Source of the DNA: Myxococcota bacterium
Lineage (GTDB): Bacteria; Myxococcota_A; UBA796; CAJQPC01
Length of the DNA stretch: 64,000 nt
Assembly (NCBI GenBank): GCA_036229005.1
Contig: JAZAMN010000016.1
Location: 64,001-128,000, forward strand
Direction: 5' to 3'
Positions 58,932 through 64,000 of the stretch are shown here, piece after piece. Under the pieces are notes generated by a model. That model worked only from the letters and a program-made list of their open reading frames with translations, searched no databases and had not been told where the DNA came from. Position 1 is the stretch's first letter, and each line of letters opens with the position of its first letter. Position numbers and translations under genes: made by a program.

Positions 58932-60326
58932 ATGAGCCACGCAGAACAGGTCGCCGCCCGCGCCGATCGAGCCTTCCAGGACAGCGTCGCGCGGCTCTCG
59001 ACCTACCTGGAGATCCCGGCGATCTCCTGCGAGCCCGCCCGCTTCGACGACGTCCGCGCCCTGGCCGCCCGCATCCGCGAAGACCTGGAGTCCCTGGGCC
59101 TGGAGCGCGCCCGCGTGCTGGAGCTGGAGGGCGCGCTGCCCTGCGTCGCCGCCGAGTGGATGCAGGCCGGTCCCGACGCCCCCACCGTGCTGGTCTACGG
59201 CCACCTGGACCTGCAGCCGGTGAACCTGGCCAACTGGCACACGGACCCGCACAAGGCCGTGGTCAAGGACGGCCGCCTCTACGCGCGCGGGGCCGCCGAC
59301 GACATGGGCGGCTGGGTCTCCCACATGGCGGCGGTGAAGGCCTGGATGGACCAGACCGGCGGCCTGCCCTGCAACCTGCGGCTGCTCATCGAGGGAGAAG
59401 AGGAGATCGGCTCCCCCAACCTGGAGCGCTTCATGGACGCGTTCCCGGAGGCCTTCGAGGCGGACGTGATGATCCTCACGGACTGCGAGAACCCCAGCAC
59501 CCAGGTCCCCGGCCTCACGGTCAGCCTGCGCGGCCTGCTGGAGCTGGAGGTCACCTGCAAGGCCCTGTCCGCCGACGGCCACTCCGGTCTGTGGGGCAAC
59601 ATGGTGCCCGACCCCTGCATCGCCCTGGTGCAGCTCATCGCGCGCATCGTGGACGAGGACGGCCGCCTCACCATCGGTCGGGTTGAGGTCCCCCAGGCCT
59701 GGGCCGAGGGCTCCAAGCGGGTGCCGCTCAACGACGCCGTGATCACCGAGGGCGCCCACCTGCTGGAGGGCGTGAGGCCGCTCCCCGGGAGGGGCAAGAC
59801 GCCTGCGGAGTGGATGTGGCGCCAGCCCGCCGTGACCATCGTCGCGACCACCCTGCCCAGCGAGGCCCAGAAGAAGAACGCGATCCGCTCCCAAGCCAGC
59901 GCGACCCTCTCCGTGCGGGTGCCTCCGGGGGTTGAGCCGGCGGATCTCTACGCGCAGATCTCGGCCCACCTCACCCAGACCCCGACCCCCCAAGGCGTCC
60001 TGGTCACCGTGCGCGAACGAGGACACGCTGGGCACGGCTGGCTGTACGAGCCCAAGGGCCCCGCCTTCGAGGCCGCCGACCGCGCCTACCAGAAGACCTG
60101 GGGCCACCCGCTGGTGCAGGTGGGCGTGGGCGGCTCGATCCCCTTCGTGGCGCTCTTTGGGCGGCGCTTTGGGGACCTGCCGCTGATCCTGAACGGCGTG
60201 ATGGACCCGAACACCACCGCGCACGGCCCCAACGAGTCCATGGACCTGGGCATCTTCCGCAAGGCCATCGCGGCGAACGTGCACCTGTACGCGGAGCTGG
60301 GCACGCTGGGCAAGGCCGGCCTGTGA
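58932..60326 (+). CDS. M20/M25/M40 family metallo-dipeptidase
   Basis: AGGAG RBS; YGHLDLQP, ARGAADD, EGEEEIGS, GGSIPF, AHGPNES. Confidence 0.94.
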   Translation: MSHAEQVAARADRAFQDSVARLSTYLEIPAISCEPARFDDVRALAARIREDLESLGLERARVLELEGALPCVAAEWMQAGPDAPTVLVYGHLDLQPVNLANWHTDPHKAVVKDGRLYARGAADDMGGWVSHMAAVKAWMDQTGGLPCNLRLLIEGEEEIGSPNLERFMDAFPEAFEADVMILTDCENPSTQVPGLTVSLRGLLELEVTCKALSADGHSGLWGNMVPDPCIALVQLIARIVDEDGRLTIGRVEVPQAWAEGSKRVPLNDAVITEGAHLLEGVRPLPGRGKTPAEWMWRQPAVTIVATTLPSEAQKKNAIRSQASATLSVRVPPGVEPADLYAQISAHLTQTPTPQGVLVTVRERGHAGHGWLYEPKGPAFEAADRAYQKTWGHPLVQVGVGGSIPFVALFGRRFGDLPLILNGVMDPNTTAHGPNESMDLGIFRKAIAANVHLYAELGTLGKAGL

Positions 60327-61243
60327 GGGCAGCGGTGGCCACCCTGGGGCTGCTGTCGCTGGCCGGCTGCCTGGAGCGCACCACCGGCGAGCCGGCGGCG
60401 CTGGATCCGCGCTTCACGGCGGGGGAGAGCGAGGGGCCCACGCAGATCGAGCACGACCCGAACGCGGGGCCCACGGCCCCCTTCGGCCAGGTGGAGGGGC
60501 CGACCGTGGTGGTCCGGGGCAGCCTGACCTCGTCGATGGAGGGATCTGTTGATCTTGACGTGATGACTCTGGCGCCCGGGACGGAGGCCGGGGTTGAGCT
60601 CGTGGGCAAGATCCTCTTCCCCTCCCTGGGAGACTTCGAGCTGGAGCTGCCCCAAGGGGAGGGCACGGTGATCCTGCAGTTCTTCCAGGACATCGGCCCA
60701 TCGGGGCCCGACGACGGCGACCCCTTCCTGGGCACGCAGGTGGTGGTGGAGGACCAGGATCTGGACCTGGGCGAGCTGGAGCTGGTGGTGGGGGCCCGGG
60801 CGACGACCACGGTGGCGGCGGCGCGCAGCCACGTGTTCCCGGACCACGACGGCGCCTGGACGCTGCTGGAGGGCGAGGTGGTGGCCGAGCGCAAGCTCCC
60901 CATCGCGGTGGACCTGCGGCGGCCGGACCCCAGCAGCCAGACCGGCGACGCGTTCATCGGGAAGGAGCAGCTCCCGGCGCCTGGACGCTTCGCGATCCCG
61001 GTCCCCCAGGGCAGCGGCAGGCTCACCCTGCAGTTCTTCCAGGACGCCGGCGGGGACGGGCCCAGCCCGGATGACCCCTTCGCGCAGGTCCAGGTCGAGG
61101 TGGATGACCAGGACCGGATGGAGCTGGAGGTGGTGCTGCAGAGCATGGCGAGCACCGCGCCCACCCCCGGGCAGCCCGGGACCCCGACGCAGCCGGCGCC
61201 GGGGACCCCAGAGCAGCAAGGGGCCGCCGAAGCGACCCCTTGA
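60323..61243 (+). CDS. Lipoprotein with a duplicated beta-rich domain
   Basis: LAG-C lipobox; two copies of GK...G.F....PQG.G...LQFFQD.G..GP...DPF. Confidence 0.78.
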   Translation: MRAAVATLGLLSLAGCLERTTGEPAALDPRFTAGESEGPTQIEHDPNAGPTAPFGQVEGPTVVVRGSLTSSMEGSVDLDVMTLAPGTEAGVELVGKILFPSLGDFELELPQGEGTVILQFFQDIGPSGPDDGDPFLGTQVVVEDQDLDLGELELVVGARATTTVAAARSHVFPDHDGAWTLLEGEVVAERKLPIAVDLRRPDPSSQTGDAFIGKEQLPAPGRFAIPVPQGSGRLTLQFFQDAGGDGPSPDDPFAQVQVEVDDQDRMELEVVLQSMASTAPTPGQPGTPTQPAPGTPEQQGAAEATP

Positions 61244-61275
61244 ACGGGTCCGGAGACCCGCGACCGAGCGGAAGC

Positions 61276-61554
61276 TCAGTCCTTGAAGACGGCGTTGAGG
61301 AACTCGAGGCCGTTCTCGTTCTCACCGATGGACTGGCCGCTCTGCAGCTTCTGGCCGAGCAGGTAGGCGTCGTAGGCGGTGATCAGGGGAATGATGAAGC
61401 CGATGCCGATGCAGCTCAGCACGATGGTGGCCACCAGGGAGATGATGCCCTTCTTCTGCTGACCCATCATCAGGTAGCCGACGCCACCCAAGAGGAAGAA
61501 GTTCAGCGCTGCGGGGACGATGGGGTTGGTATCGGGCTTGGAGATCTCACCCAT
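61276..61554 (-). CDS. Small TM2-like membrane protein
   Basis: AGGAG RBS; AALNFFLLGGVGYLMMGQQKKGII...AYDAY. Confidence 0.78.
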   Translation of the reverse strand: MGEISKPDTNPIVPAALNFFLLGGVGYLMMGQQKKGIISLVATIVLSCIGIGFIIPLITAYDAYLLGQKLQSGQSIGENENGLEFLNAVFKD

Positions 61555-61718
61555 GGGACTCGCTCCTGTCGGGGGGTTGCGGGGCGGAGTTTCCCCCGCG
61601 TGCGCCGAGACTATGCCAGGGAGATTCAGCGGGCAAGGGGGAGAGCCACCAAACACGGGGAGAGCTGCGGATGATAGACTTGCGCTCGCTCTGCCCAAGG
61701 CAGATGGAAGGAGTCAGG

Positions 61719-63341
61719 ATGCGACGCCCCGAATCCCCTCTCATGGGGGCCATGTTGCTGGGCCTGCTTGGCCTGGCGGTCTCGCCGGACGCGCAGGCGG
61801 CACGGGTCGCCAACCGACAGGGTGACGTGGTCATCACCGAGATCATGGTGAGCCCGGAGAACGGCATCGCCGACTACCGCGGCCAGTGGTTCGAGATCCG
61901 CAACGTGTCCGATGAGCTGCTGTTCCTGGAGGGCCTGCTGATCGAGGACTCGGACGGCGGCTCCATCAGCCTCCCCCCCAGCACGGGCCTGCAGCTCGCC
62001 GTGGGGGACCACCTGGTGCTGGGCGTGAACGACCAGAACACCGACTCGAGCGCCAGCGACTTCAACGGCGGCATCGAGATCGACATCCTCTACAGCTACT
62101 TCTCCGACCTGTCCCTGCAGTCGGACGCCGACTCCCTGACCATCACCCACGTGGGCTCGGGCGCGGTGCTGGACACGGTGGTCTGGGACAATAGCTGGGG
62201 CATCCCCTCGGGGGCCAGCCTGCAGGCCGGTCCCCAGGCGCTCTACGAGTGGCCCAACGACCTGGCCCACAACTGGTGCGCGTCGGCCAAGTACATCCCC
62301 CCCAAGGGGCTCAAGGGCACCCCCGGCGAGGACAACGAGCCCTGCAGCGGCGCGGGCGACGACACCGACGGGGACGGCTACTCCGAGAGCCAGGGCGACT
62401 GCGATGACACCGACCCGGACATCCACCCTGGCGTGATCGACGGCGCGGGCGACCAGCAGGTGCGCGGCCTGGACACCCCCGGGGACACCAGCGATGACGT
62501 CTACGCCTACCTGAGCGACCCCGACGACGACGCCGACTGCGACGGCATCCGGGACGACGGCCTGACCGACGACGACGGCGACGGCTACGCCGAGGTCGAT
62601 GGCGACTGCGACGACGAGTACTTCTACGTGAACCCCGGGCAGTCCGAGGGCAAGAACGCCGACGGCGTGGACGACGACTGCAACTGCTGGATCGACGACG
62701 TGGACCAGGACGGGGACGGCTTCACCACCCTGGAGGCCTCCACCTACGACATCACCGGCCTGAACGAGGCCATGTGCCAGACGGCCGCGGAGACCGACTG
62801 CCTGGACGCCTCGGACGACATCGGGGTGACCGGCAACCCCAAGCTCATCAACCCGGACGCCGAGGAGATCCCCTACGACGGGATCGACCAGGACTGCGAC
62901 GGCGAGGACCTCTGCGATGTGGACGGGGACACCTACGACTCCGAGGAGTGCGGGGGCCTGGACTGCAACGACGACAACGACAACGTGCACCCCGGCGTGC
63001 CGGACGCGAGCGCCGACCCTGACGGCGTGGACAACGACTGCGACGGCATCATCGACAGCCCCGACCGCGACGGCGACGGCTTCGGGGTGAACGAGGGCGA
63101 CTGCGACGACGAGGACATGGACATCAACCCCGGCGTCGAAGAGCGCTGCGATGACATGGTCGACAACAACTGCGACGGCTGGATCAACGAGGGCTGCGAC
63201 TACCCCGCCCTGACCGCCTCCATGTCGGGTGGCTCGCTGATCCCCTGGGGCTGCTCGGTCAGTCCGGGCTCAGCGGGGGGAGGGGCCTTTGTGATGGCCC
63301 TGGCACTGGCCGCGGCGCTGCGTCGCCGGAAGGAGGGCTGA
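61719..63341 (+). CDS. Cell-surface protein: lamin-tail-like domain + MopE-type Cys/Asp repeats + MYXO-CTERM sorting tail
   Basis: AAGGAG RBS; signal ..AQA; GDVVITEIM..P....QWFEIRN...GTPGEDN; repeated DCDD..P....DGxDNDCDG; GCS...hydrophobic...LRRRK tail. Confidence 0.85.
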   Translation: MRRPESPLMGAMLLGLLGLAVSPDAQAARVANRQGDVVITEIMVSPENGIADYRGQWFEIRNVSDELLFLEGLLIEDSDGGSISLPPSTGLQLAVGDHLVLGVNDQNTDSSASDFNGGIEIDILYSYFSDLSLQSDADSLTITHVGSGAVLDTVVWDNSWGIPSGASLQAGPQALYEWPNDLAHNWCASAKYIPPKGLKGTPGEDNEPCSGAGDDTDGDGYSESQGDCDDTDPDIHPGVIDGAGDQQVRGLDTPGDTSDDVYAYLSDPDDDADCDGIRDDGLTDDDGDGYAEVDGDCDDEYFYVNPGQSEGKNADGVDDDCNCWIDDVDQDGDGFTTLEASTYDITGLNEAMCQTAAETDCLDASDDIGVTGNPKLINPDAEEIPYDGIDQDCDGEDLCDVDGDTYDSEECGGLDCNDDNDNVHPGVPDASADPDGVDNDCDGIIDSPDRDGDGFGVNEGDCDDEDMDINPGVEERCDDMVDNNCDGWINEGCDYPALTASMSGGSLIPWGCSVSPGSAGGGAFVMALALAAALRRRKEG

Positions 63342-63344
63342 GCC

Positions 63345-64000
63345 ATGCTGATCACGCTGCTCATGGGCGCCGCGACCGCCCAGGATGGAAGCCTGGACAT
63401 CGACCAGTTCAAGCCGGCCTCCGACCACTACGGCTACACCACCACCCACTCCGCGGAGACCCTGGGCCACCTGCAGCTCGGCGTGGGCATCTGGGCCAAC
63501 TACGCCAACGACCCCCTGGTGCTGCGCGACTCCGCCGGCAACCGCGTGGGCATGCTCCCGGACGGCAGCGGCTCCCCCATCGAGGGCCGCTTCGCGGGCA
63601 ACGCCCAGCTCGGCATCGGCATCACCAACTTCGCGTCGATCTCCGCGGACCTGCCCATCGTGCTGTGGCAGGAGGGCTACGAGATCTCCGGGCTCAACGG
63701 GCTGCAGGACCCCACCTCCATCAAGTCCTCCGGCCTGGGCGACCTGCGCATCGTCCCCAAGATCGCGCCCCTGGACCGCGCTGAGCAGCCTCTGGGCGTG
63801 GCGCTGGTGGTCCCCGTGACCGTCCCCACCGGGGCGACCGAGGGCTTCCTGGGCGAGGGCGGCGTGACCGCCACCCCCACCGTCGCGGTCGAGTTCTCCG
63901 ACGCCGCCATCTGGGACCGCAGCTACACCTGGAGGGCCGCGGTCAACCTGGGCTACCTGATCCGCCAGGGCGACCGCATGCGCGACGTCGAGGTCCCCTC
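63345..64000 (+). CDS. Outer-membrane beta-barrel protein, myxobacterial OmpA-family/TraB-like N-terminus (partial, runs off the window)
   Basis: Not in the ORF track; manual translation MLITLLMGAATAQDGSLDIDQFKPA...SAETLGHLQLGVGIWANYANDPLVL...GLGDLRIVPK...PTGATEGFLGEG. Confidence 0.75.
   Translation, partial: MLITLLMGAATAQDGSLDIDQFKPASDHYGYTTTHSAETLGHLQLGVGIWANYANDPLVLRDSAGNRVGMLPDGSGSPIEGRFAGNAQLGIGITNFASISADLPIVLWQEGYEISGLNGLQDPTSIKSSGLGDLRIVPKIAPLDRAEQPLGVALVVPVTVPTGATEGFLGEGGVTATPTVAVEFSDAAIWDRSYTWRAAVNLGYLIRQGDRMRDVEVP

Overview
Very GC-rich bacterial chromosomal segment, most consistent with a Myxococcota-like organism (MYXO-CTERM tail, AgmX/PglI-type domain, Cys/Asp-rich MopE-type repeats, many lipoproteins). 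It looks origin-proximal: it carries mnmG-rsmG-parA-parB-udk plus four perfect and one near-perfect parS palindromes (TGTTCCACGTGGAACA). Other recognisable genes are uvrC, an RluA-family pseudouridine synthase, a PhoB/PhoR-like pair, a LysR/MDR oxidoreductase pair, M23, M3 and M20 peptidases, a ColD/ColC-like nucleotide-sugar cluster and a pentaheme cytochrome c. The main non-obvious signals are: (1) a selenoprotein hidden from the ORF track, a beta-propeller lipoprotein fused to a W-U-P-V-C redoxin domain, with a SECIS-like hairpin 11 nt after the UGA; (2) two convergent arrays of a bipartite motif (RGCTACG-N7-RRTGMGCG) phased at about 31 bp; (3) a hairpin-rich ~250-bp tandem repeat preceded by back-to-back palindromes; (4) an intact plus degenerate GHKL/HSP90-like ATPase pair with parS at its start; (5) a TraA/TraB-like surface protein and beta-barrel pair; (6) pervasive ultra-short, uncharged signal peptides. 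No rRNA, tRNA, CRISPR-cas or transposase was seen. All calls come from reading motifs by eye; no searches were run, and several start codons were re-chosen manually.
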